Origin: Ginglymostoma cirratum
Lineage: Eukaryota
Length of the DNA stretch: 64,000 nucleotides
Reading direction: 5' to 3'
Assembly: GCA_024137785.1 (NCBI GenBank)
Contig: JAHRHZ010000144.1
Coordinates: 80,299,606 to 80,363,605, forward strand
Below the pieces are notes generated by a model, which ran no database searches, was not told where the DNA came from, and was given only the letters and a program-made list of their open reading frames with translations. Below, in pieces: positions 54,868 to 64,000 of the stretch (its first letter is position 1; every line of letters begins with the position of its first letter). The position numbers and the translations under genes were made by a program.

Positions 54868-55223
54868 TTGTTTTATTCGCTCACAGGATGAGGGCATTGC
54901 TGGCCAGGCAGCATTTATTGCCCATTCCTAATTGCCCAGAGGGCAGTTTGGAGTCAACCGCGTTGCTGTGGGTCTGGAGTCACGTGTAGGCCAGACCAGG
55001 TAGGGATGGCAGTTTCCTTTCCTAAAGGACATTAGTGAACCAGATGGGTTTTTCCCGACAATCGTCAAGGGATTTGTGGTCATCATTAGACTCCTAATTC
55101 CAGATACTTATTGAATTCAAATTCCACTATCTGCAGTGGCAGCATTCAAACCTGGGTCCCCAGAAATCTGGGGTCTCTGGATTAACAGTCCAGTGATAAT
55201 GCCACTAGGCCATCACCTCCCCC
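54868..55223 (-). mobile_element. Second-family SINE nested in a CR1 element
   Basis: Full homolog of 24122-24470 with an A-rich tail, lying between the endonuclease and RT parts of the CR1. Confidence 0.82.
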
Positions 55224-57897
55224 TTTTCTCTGTCTAGTTATTCTTTTTCCTTTTAACATACTTAAAGGATCTCTTTGGATTCACCCATTCTTCTCAGCCA
55301 AAGCTATCTCGTGCCCCGTTTCGTCCTCCTGTATCCCCTATATACCTCCAGGGATTCCCTTGATCCCAGCTGCCTGTTCCTGAGCCATGTCTCTTTTATT
55401 TGTTTGTTCTGGTCAAAGCCTCTTGTCATTCTAGGTTCCCTACTCCTGCCAACCTTGCCCTTCACCTGCACAGGAAAATACAGACTTTGAATTCTAACTA
55501 TCACTCTTTTTTAAAGGCCTCCCAGTGCTGGAGGTTCCTTTTGCCTGCAAACAAACTACTCCAATCAACCCCTGCAAGTTCCTGTCTAATTCCATCAACA
55601 TTTGCCTTGCCCCAGTTTTTCAAACTTAAACCTGTGGACCAGTTTTGTCCTTCTCCGTAACTATTTTAATATTAGTAGAACTATGGTCACTGGTTCCACA
55701 GTGCTCCCCCAGTGTCATCTTAGCCACCTGGCTTGCCCAATTTCCCAAGAGTAGGTTGGGTTTTGTCCCTTCCCAAGTAGGACCTTCTGTATACTGCTTG
55801 AGGAAACTTTCCTCAACGTGTTTAACAAATTCCACCCCATCTATGCCCTTAACACCAAGGCACTCCCAGTCTCTGCTAGGAAAATTAAAATCCCCTGCTA
55901 TGACAGCCCTATTGCTCCTGCACGTCTCACCAGTCTCCCTGCATATTTGTTCCTCTAATTCCCGTTGACTATTTGGGGGCCAATAGTACAACCCCAATAA
56001 CGTCACTATTCCCCTCTTATTTCTTCACTCCACCCACAAAGCTGCAATGGATGATCTGTTATTTCATCTGACCACTGTTGTGATACTCTCTTTAATCAAA
56101 AATGCAATTCCCAGACACCTTCTCCTGCCCCGAGGAAAGCGCCTGTGCACTGGCACGTTGGGCTGCCAGTCCTGTCCCTGTTTCTGTAATGGCTATAATA
56201 ACCTCGCCCCACGTACTCATCTGCAGCCTGAGTTCAGTGGACTTACCTGTCACCCCTCTTGCATTGAAATAGATGCAATTTAATCTCTTCAGCATTCCTC
56301 GCTCCCTGTTTTGGTGCAACCCATCCCTCTTGAACAGGTCACCTCTCTGCCCCAGAACAGATTCCAGTGATCCAAGAATCTGGATCCCTGCCCCTGCACA
56401 GATTCTTTAGCCATGAATTCATCTGCCATATCCTCCTGTTTTTATTCTCCTGTTCTTAGTCTCACTAGAATGTGTAGAATATGGCACTGAAAGTAATCCA
56501 GAGATTACCAGCGTCGAAGTCCTGGATTTTTAACTTCTTTCCTATTTCTCTAGAATCACTCTGCAGGACTTTATCCCTATTTCTATCTATGTCAATTGTG
56601 TCAACGTGCACAATAACTTCTGGCTGCTCACCTTCCCCCTTGAGACATCCTGGACATGCGCACCTGAGAGGCAACACACTATCCTGGATTCCTCTCTGTG
56701 GCCACAGAATCTCCTGTTTGTCCCGCTAACTATCGAGTCTCCTATCACTTGGGTCCTGTTTACCTTTACCCTTTCCCGTTTGCTCCAGAGCCAGTTGTAT
56801 CCAAAACGTTATACTTGTTTTCGAGGACATTGGCTGCAGGGGATTCCTGCACTCCCTGCCTACCCGCTTTGGCTTTCCTGGTGGTCACCCAGCTACTCTC
56901 TGCTTGCCTCTTAGGGAGACTGCCTCACCAAAGCTCTTATCTATGATGCGCTGTTGACAGCAGGCCCACGAGAATCCATTCTTCAGTGCAGGCGACTGCT
57001 TCCAGGCTCTAATGCATGCTCTTCCCCGTCAGTCACCCTGTGCTGGATTATTTCTTTTTTAAACTTGCTGTTAACAGCCCAACTCTCCTCATTAATATTC
57101 AGCCTCCTATTTTATCAAACTTACCAAAAGAGCTCAACAAAAACTCAGCAAGGAAATCAGCACAAGCAGGATTTAGTTGATGCTTGCTCATATCGACTTT
57201 GTTGGAAACCATTACTGGCCACGCATACTCTGAGTCCTCTACATTCTGATGCTGCACCATGACTGCACTGGCAACTATTATTGTAATGTTGCAAAAAAGG
57301 ACACTGCGTAGCTCAGGGGCACATACTCAGCTCATGAGTTAAGCTAGGCTGCACCTCTGGGCTCTTTTCTTGCTGTTTTAGAGAGAGTACGGAGAGGTGG
57401 CTGGATTCACATAGCATACCTGTATTGCATTGCATGCTTTGCCTTACCTTTTTGTGTTCTGTCCCCTCAGCCAGAAATACCAGGCTCGTATTACTGTTTT
57501 CCTGCTGTGCAGTTTAGCACAGGCACAAACCAGGCAACTTGTCCTAGTGGGCTGCCATCAGTTCAAGGGGATTAGCCTTTGGGCAGGATGTTCCAGCATG
57601 GCAAATCAAGGATCGTGTCCATACCAGCCCAGACCCTTCATAGGTTAGTCAGAGTCAGGGTCCTCTTCAGGTGAGAGGTGAGAAGTCAAATGTTAAGCAG
57701 CTCACCGCTCGTTTTGATTTTTTTTTTTTTCCTCTGCCCTATTATGGACTGTCTGAAATGAGCATGTGTGTGTGAGGGAGAGAGAGGGGGGCAGGTATTA
57801 CAGGAGGTGAAAATAGGTGATGCAGCTATTACTTCTAATGCAGCTGTGGAGATGTCTAAAGTGTTGGAGTAAGTAACTAAGAAGGCAGGCAGAGTTA

Positions 57898-58176
57898 ATC
57901 ATAGAATCCTTACCATGTGGAAGCAGGCCATTTGGCCCATCGAGTCCACACCATCCTTCTAATGAGCATCCCACTCCATCTCTGTAATCCTGCATTTCCC
58001 ATAGTCAATCCAACTAACCTGCACATTTTTGAACTGTGGGAGGAAACCGTAGCACCCTGATGAAACCTACATAGGCATAGGGAGAGCATGCCAACTCCAG
58101 GCAGACCGCCACCTAAGGTGGAATCAAACCCAGATCCCTGGTGAAGTGAGGCAGCAATGCTAACTGCTGAGCTGCC
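57898..58176 (-). mobile_element. HE1-like SINE
   Basis: Homologous to the other copies. Confidence 0.78.
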
Positions 58177-58324
58177 TTAATAGTTTGAGGGTTGGAGTGA
58201 ATGGGTGAAGATGTTTCATGTGATAATGAGTGGTCGAAGATGGGATATGGGTACAGTAGTAGAGAGAATGATCGACTGTGAGGTATCTGAGAGGGGATTA
58301 TGGCATTTAGCTGGAGTGGTAAAG

Positions 58325-58535
58325 GACATGGTCTCCTTTCTTACATTGCTCTGCGTTCCTCCGGATGGCTGAGACTGCTTTAATCCAGGTGAAATCCTCA
58401 GACCAGACAGGTATTGTCTGGCGTTAAGGTTTCCACTGCTTGTGCCAGGTGGAAAACGTCCCGACTTTTGTACAAGTCCATCTAGCAGGACCTCCAGGAC
58501 CCTGGTTAGAAAGTGGAGCATTGATTTCACCACCC
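58325..58535 (-). pseudogene. Frameshifted Myb/SANT-like domain relic, probably from a Harbinger transposon
   Basis: KSMLHFLTRVLEVLLDGLVQK / RQTIPVWSE..AVSAIRRNAEQCKK in different frames; resembles the F..(E)LEVLL...W..(V)...R...QCRK pattern. Confidence 0.55.
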
Positions 58536-59145
58536 ACCCCCTCCCCATACTGGGAGCTGTGCAGAGTAGCTCTGGACTGGCAATACTTCTTTGTGTGCAC
58601 TGGACTTTAAAAGCTGACATGGGTGCAAGGGATGCTGGTGAAGTCTGGGGGTACCTGCTGCGTTCAGTTGTTCCTGGCGTGTGGCAAGATGGAATGGAAA
58701 TCCAATGCGAGACACCCCATAGGGGTGGAGTAGGTAATTAAACAGCCAAGTTTGGCAAGCTACAGCCAGAAAACCAGCTAGGCCTCAGTGACAAACACAG
58801 CTTTTTTAAAAAAAAAAAGTGCTCAACGCAGTTGGGTTATAAGCAAATCGGACTTTGCCTGTGTTTTAACTCTGACTGTATTGTGAATGTGTTTAGAACT
58901 GTGGTGGGAGGTGATACAGATATTTTTTTAATCAGCCTGTTCATAGATGTTACCCACTTCTGGAGCAGGTGGGCTGGGGGTCCGTTTAGTTATTAGACCC
59001 TCCTAGTGCCTCAAATATATGTAAGTATTAGCATTGTATGTATGAGCAAGAGGTCTCTGGTTTTGTTTTGGTTAGAGTCAAATTCTAATGGTCTGTTTGT
59101 TTACTTGATATGTGGCTGTATAGAACCGAACTGCATTTGTAGTAG

Positions 59146-59241
59146 AGATAAAATTGTATCGTGGCCCGAAACGTCAAGCTTTCCTGCTCCTATGATGCTG
59201 CTTGGCCTGCTGTGTTCATCCAGCCCCACACCTTGTTACCT
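59146..59241 (+). mobile_element. Family A truncated element
   Basis: 14-bp TSD tgcatttgtagtag (59132-59145, 59242-59255); ggcccgaaacgtc. Confidence 0.85.
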
Positions 59242-60429
59242 TGCATTTGTAGTAGTGTTTGTCAGTAAATTTTTCATGAATGAAGTATATTTTTGAGATA
59301 AAAGGTTGGACTTGAACCCAGCCTCCAGGTCCGGGGTCGGGATACTACCACTGTGCCTCATGAATCCTTTAGGTGAAGGGCGTATTTTTAATCAACCTGT
59401 TTAGACATATTAAGACACATCTACATTAAGAGATAGGAACAGTGTTGATGTGCCAACAGAGCCCTAAAGTATTTTTTGTAACCAAATAAAACAAAACAGT
59501 TGCTGGAGATCTGAAACAAAAACAAAAATTGCTGGAGAGGCTCAGGTCTGGCAGCATCTGTGGAGAGAAAGCAGAGTTAATGTTTGAATCCATTGATTCT
59601 TCACCAGAACTGCAGAATCAGCAGTTTCTATTTTTGCTTCAGTTTTATTTAATCAACCTGTTTCGAAAGTGATGACACACTCTACAGACACCACACCCTG
59701 AGGTGGGGCTTGAGCCCAGAGTTTCTGGCCCAGAGGTAAGGGCACTGTCCCTGCACCACAACAGCCAGGTTGGTCAGGAATGCGTTTATGATCCAAGCTA
59801 GGTGCCACCCTGTTTTTACTTCCCTGTTTATCTTGACTTTCAGCCTTGGTTTCTGTAAGAAAATCCAGAGTGATATTTAGTTCCTTGAATGTGTTCACTG
59901 ACTATTTTGTATTATGCATTCTTTGCATTCTTCTTTGCCGTTCCTGATCTATTCCTGAAAAAATGGTTGGGAATTGTTGGGGGTGGACAGGTATTAAAAC
60001 TGCAATGTTCTGATTGTTTTCATCAAGTAAGGTGATGGATATGTTATTTGTTAGTGATCCTTGATTCCTGTCAAAAAACATAGAGCATGCGCACTCTGAA
60101 GTCTGGCAATCTTTGGTGCTTAGTGGTCAGAGTGAAGCAGCATGAAATCTAAATGCAGTGCCTGGAGAGTAATATTCTCGAGAATATTATTTATTTACAA
60201 ACATATACTGTATTCATAAGTTATCAAAAGTACTTTATGAAATATTTGTAGTTAGACATTACAGAAAGTACAATTAGGATATCACATTTTGCATTTGAGC
60301 ATTGCACTCCTCAGTGCCTCCATCCAAATGCAAGATTGGAACATTTAGTAAATGTGACTAGAGTGTGTGCGTGTGTGTACCAATACAAACTATAAGTGGT
60401 TCTGTAGATTAATAATACCTTGGGTAATT

Positions 60430-60690
60430 AGGCAGAAAGGGCCTTAGATTGTGGCCTTTCCCTGCTGTGCCTTTGCAATACCTGCTTCAAGCAATGGTCA
60501 AAAGTCACAGGACACCAACAGACTTATTTAAGATCTCTGCTCCTTCATCAGGTGAAGTGGTTAAGTCACTCCACCTTGAATTGGCCAGTCTATAACATTT
60601 GGTTGAGGCCAAGCCCTTGCGGTAAAATATCTACCAGTTTTGGGGCGACTTCTGTTCAAAGGTGCTTTCCTGTACAGATGTTTTTCCATG
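60430..60690 (-). mobile_element. Tx1/L1-clade ORF2 C-terminal relic with a small PLE-end insertion
   Basis: The - strand gives ..TKCYRLANS.. and AKAQQGKATI*, resembling Tx1-like ORF2 termini as recalled. Confidence 0.45.
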
Positions 60691-61056
60691 AAGGGCAAAT
60701 GACACATTACAGTCTAATCACTTGGAAAACCGGAAGAACTGTGGATGCTGTAAATAAGAAACGAGAACAGAAGTTGCTGCAAAAGTTCAGCAGGTCTGGC
60801 AGTTCTGAGGAAGGGTCACTGGACGTTTTAAGTTTTGATTTCTCATCAGATGCTGCCAGACCTGCTCAGCTTTTCCAGCAACTTCTGTAAATTCTATAGA
60901 AGGTTCAGTGGTAATGTGGCCAGACTGATCTTTCCAATACCATGGACAACAGCCTTGGCAGGTGATGTTATGAGGGTCTATGCACAACTTGATGCAGCCA
61001 AACAAAAAGATGGCTATTGGGCTAAGGTGACATTGGACAAGTGGAGCAGAAAAAAT

Positions 61057-61181
61057 GAAGGGTTTAGGCCCGAAACGCCAAGTTTTCCTGCTCCTATGAT
61101 GCTGCTTGACCTGCTGTGTTCATCCAGCCCCATGCTTGTTATCTTGGATTCTCCAGCATCTGTGGTACCTTTTATTTATCT
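61057..61181 (+). mobile_element. Family A half element just 3' of U4atac
   Basis: 10-bp TSD cagaaaaaat (61047-61056, 61182-61191); gaagggtttaggcccgaaacgcc. Confidence 0.82.
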
Positions 61182-61300
61182 CAGAAAAAATAAATAGTGT
61201 TTTTCCCCAAAATTCATGAAGCTAAATTTCTGGATTGTGTATTACATGCACCACAGAACACAGTTGCTGAATCACTATTTAATTTCACAAATATTAAAGG

Positions 61301-61426
61301 TTCCAAAAATTGCACCGTAGCCTAAACAAATGTCTAGGTGATGCACATGTGTTGTAATGGTGTTAGCAGTGCTGTTCTCACCAAACGTTCATTGAACAGC
61401 AACACAACCCCAAGATAAGGACAGTT
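61301..61426 (-). ncRNA. RNU4ATAC: U4atac minor-spliceosome snRNA
   Basis: Reverse complement AACTGTCCTTATCTTGGGGTTGTGTTGCTGTTCAATGAACGTTTGGTGAGAACAGCACTGCTAACACCATTACAACACATGTGCATCACCTAGACATTTGTTTAGGCTACGGTGCAATTTTTGGAA. It has the U6atac stem II segment, a k-turn 5' stem-loop (UGCUGUUC/GAACAGCA, AAUGA..UGA), stem I CUGCUAAC, a 3' stem-loop, and the Sm site AAUUUUUGG at nt 116-124. Syntenic with the human gene. Exact 3' end uncertain by a few nt. Confidence 0.96.
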
Positions 61427-61467
61427 GATTTGAATTGGATGTACAGGGGAGGGTAGGTGAATAGTAC

Positions 61468-61486
61468 CACCTTTAACTTATGGTGA
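61468..61486 (-). promoter_or_regulatory. Proximal sequence element (PSE, SNAPc site) of U4atac
   Basis: TCACCATAAGTTAAAGGTG at -60 to -42 from the snRNA start; matches the vertebrate snRNA PSE pattern and position. Confidence 0.85.
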
Positions 61487-61613
61487 CTATTTTTCTATTT
61501 TTGTTTGGCTTCTTTGCAGATTAGTACATCTTTATTAATTACTTTTATTAGTGTTTAATGATGTTTAAAACGCAGTGAGTGTGCATTTTTGGGCAGAAAA
61601 TAGTTATTCAAAT

Positions 61614-61632
61614 TACCCACAATGCATTGTGG
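61614..61632 (+). promoter_or_regulatory. SPH element (ZNF143/Staf site) in the U4atac distal sequence element
   Basis: TACCCACAATGCATTGTGG, a near-canonical ZNF143 motif ~190-205 nt upstream of the snRNA start; imperfect octamer-like ATGCTAAC (- strand) at 61647-61654. Confidence 0.82.
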
Positions 61633-62920
61633 CACCGCCACCAGCTGTTAGCATTTAGGAATTGCAATATATTTCTAGGATTGTACTACAATGCATCAAT
61701 ATATTAAAACAACTTTAATATGTGCACTTGTTTTTGTCTTTAATATGTATGTTTGTAATAACCCTGTGATAATTTTGGCTGGCTTTTTTTAATGTCCCAT
61801 TGGTGCATCTGAATTTTACATTGATCCATTGCAAATTATTAGGGCTGATCAATCAGAACAACTGGTGGAAATCAATTCTATCAATTCAGGTTTATTTCCA
61901 AGGTACCCTTTCTCTGACGAGCTGCCTGCCCATCTGTGTATGAATCGGAGTTTCTGCCTTAATGTACGGTGGAAAAAATAGTAGTAGCTCTGCAGATCAT
62001 GATGTTAGATTTGCTAAATTAAAATTATTTTCACCCTGTTAAATACAGCCAAAAAGCCATAACATCAGAATGTGAAAAAACATTTCAGTGTTATCAGTGT
62101 GATTGGCAGATGGTCCTTTTAAACAGCTTCAGGACTTGCAAAAATTCCTGTGCAGTCAGCTTCCATTCCAGGGGCCTCAGCCCAAATTCTTTATGTATGC
62201 CGAGTGGAGAAAGACAAACAATGCTGCACATTACTGAGGAGAGTGCCCTCTATAGACATTAGCAGAATATCACTTCACATTCAGCAAATTAGCTGATTTG
62301 TTTGGTTCCAAGGATCTGCTTTTTTTAAAAAGTAAAATTAAAAAACAGTGTGCAAGCTTAACTGAAAGACAGATACTCAGGAGAGTGTGCTAAATGAAGT
62401 AGCTGGGAAGAAGCCATTTGGATTATATTGCTTTCTCTTGCCCTTGATTTTGCTCTTTTCCTTCTTCAGTCCGTGAAGGTAATACCAGAGTTTTCTTTGT
62501 GTGTATTGTAGGCACAAGTCTTGCAGTATAGCAACAGTATTTTGGACTCTTAAATCTACCCGGATATGCCATTTGTCATCTTTTATAATAGAAATAAAGT
62601 TGAAAGCACTTTTTTTCTGGTCCATGCTAAACCTTTTCCTTTAATGTTTGTTTCTGATTCATGCCCCCTTCCGTTTATTGAGAGCTCACAATTGGACTAA
62701 TGTACCCCTAAAAAATAGCCATGACCAAGCCCTTCGTTCCCACCTCCTATCTCTCTCTTCCTGCTCAAGTGCCTGTTTTCAGTACTCTTGTCTTGAAGCA
62801 TTCTGTGATAATTCTTTTAAAGTAACTAAGTGCAGATATCTTTTCATTTCATTTCTGCTCTTCTAATTCTATCTTTAGAAGCTTTGGTCTCACATGAATT
62901 TTGTAATTTTATTTTTACAG

Positions 62921-62999
62921 GTAGCTTTATTTGGTATAGAAATTTTATCAACCCTCATTTCACGTCTTCAAGATCACTTTAAAACGCATATTGGTACAG
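62921..62999 (+). CDS. CLASP1: CLASP1 second coding exon (79 nt)
   Basis: tttttacag|GTA acceptor; translates VALFGIEILSTLISRLQDHFKTHIGT (human VVLLGMDILSALVTRLQDRFKAQIGT); G|gtatgt donor, phase 1. Confidence 0.95.
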
Positions 63000-63094
63000 G
63001 TATGTTTCATTTCTGGTTGATTTCAGTTTCTGAATTATTGAAATAAATTAATATGGTCACTTTTATCAAGATTGTTTTGTAGTTTCCTGTAATA

Positions 63095-63368
63095 TGTTCT
63101 CCCTTCAAGTGGATTTAAGATTACGTGGCACTATTTAAGAGAACTATTATCCCTGATTATGGTTTGAAAAAAAACAACCTGTCATTCACCATCACTAATA
63201 CATTATAAAGAAATTATTTTCTTTTAAGGTTGTGGGGCCTTCCAATGAAAGTTGTCTACTATGAATCCTTATAATACATTAGTGATCATAGTTCAGAAAT
63301 ACCTAAATGAAAAGTACTTTGCGAACATGCTGAGGTGGTGAGATGCTATACAAATACAAGTTTTTCTG
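63095..63368 (+). mobile_element. Degenerate Deu-domain SINE in the short CLASP1 intron
   Basis: gtggatttaagattacgtggcactatttaagag...ctgaggtggtgagatgctatacaaatacaagttt, with the L2-type tail. Confidence 0.55.
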
Positions 63369-63759
63369 TTTGCAATGGATGGTAATATCCATGTTTCTAA
63401 TATGAATGCATTTTGTTCTATAGTCTGAAAACTATAAAAGTTAGACCATTAACTTTTTTGTTTGGAAGAAAAGTTGTCTAAAATTATGATGCATCCTTTA
63501 TCCAAAGCTTACATCTAAACAGATGCTTAAAACAACCTGATGTGTCTTAGAATCTGTCAGTACTTTTAATTACAGTGTGCAGAACTGAGCAGTTGTTTCA
63601 CAGCGAGTAGGAAGCAAAATGTCTGATGTAACTTGAACATAGAATAAACATATTCACCTGAACCGGTTTTGAATTATTTTCCTATCAGTTTAGTTTTAAA
63701 CTATAAGCAATAAATGTGTTAATTTTAAATATGCATTGTCTGTTTCTAATTTTATGCAG

Positions 63760-63863
63760 TATTGCCAAGTCTAATAGATAGACTAGGGGATGCTAAGGAT
63801 CCAGTTCGAGAACAAGATCAAATCCTCCTGTTAAAAATTATGGAGCTATCGGCTACTCCACAG
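63760..63863 (+). CDS. CLASP1: CLASP1 third coding exon (104 nt)
   Basis: tttatgcag| acceptor; phase-compatible; translates (V)LPSLIDRLGDAKDPVREQDQILLLKIMELSATPQ (human VLPSLIDRLGDAKDSVREQDQTLLLKIMDQAANPQ); CAG|gtacat donor. Confidence 0.96.
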
Positions 63864-64000
63864 GTACATGCATAACAGCAGGAAACCTCACTTTGTTCTT
63901 TCCTCTTTTGATGCTACCGTATTAGCAAGAGCTATTTTTAAAATCTACTCTACCTATGGTTAATGGGACCTGTTAATATTGGCTCTGTTTCATAGTTGAT

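Larger units (their letters stand above)
52000..56950 (-). mobile_element. Near full-length degenerate CR1 LINE (ORF1 esterase, APE, RT), with nested PLE and SINE
   Basis: ORF1 LKGEGEQPEVIVHVDTIDI (56465-56677); APE CIYFNARGV..IIAITET, YYWPPNS..AGDFNFP..SDHS; RT LNEYFSSVFT, VDKSPGPDQIY; 3' UTR near 52000. Confidence 0.9.

Noticed and set aside
14067-61181. Palindromic repeats as CRISPR repeats, terminators or classic MITEs
   Set aside because: Eukaryotic and dispersed, with no spacers, variable-length TSDs and asymmetric arms.
61261-61295. snRNA 3' box downstream of U4atac
   Set aside because: No convincing match to GTTYN(0-3)AAARRYAGA by eye.
62242-62257. CTCF-like agtgccctctatagac
   Set aside because: Only half of the motif matches; not supportable from sequence alone.

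Overview
Vertebrate, almost certainly cartilaginous-fish (shark) genomic DNA, judged from HE1-type SINEs, Deu-domain SINEs and abundant CR1 LINEs. The window holds the 5' part of CLASP1 on the + strand: first coding exon 1168-1362, a ~61.5 kb intron, then exons 62921-62999 and 63760-63863. Nested antisense near the 3' end of the long intron is an apparently intact minor-spliceosome U4atac snRNA gene (61301-61426, - strand) with its own PSE and ZNF143/Staf element, the same arrangement as human RNU4ATAC. It naturally carries A at position 51 (the recurrent human disease allele 51G>A) together with the compensating U32. The rest of the intron is a transposon graveyard: CR1 and L2 fragments, several SINE families, a tRNA-Thr retropseudogene, a Harbinger-like Myb relic and Penelope-like element (PLE) relics. 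It also contains at least a dozen short, often palindromic, TSD-flanked elements built from PLE ends that carry minimal hammerhead-ribozyme motifs. Nearly all ORFs in the supplied track are TE debris or chance. Repeat family names are from recall of consensus sequences, and TE boundaries are approximate.
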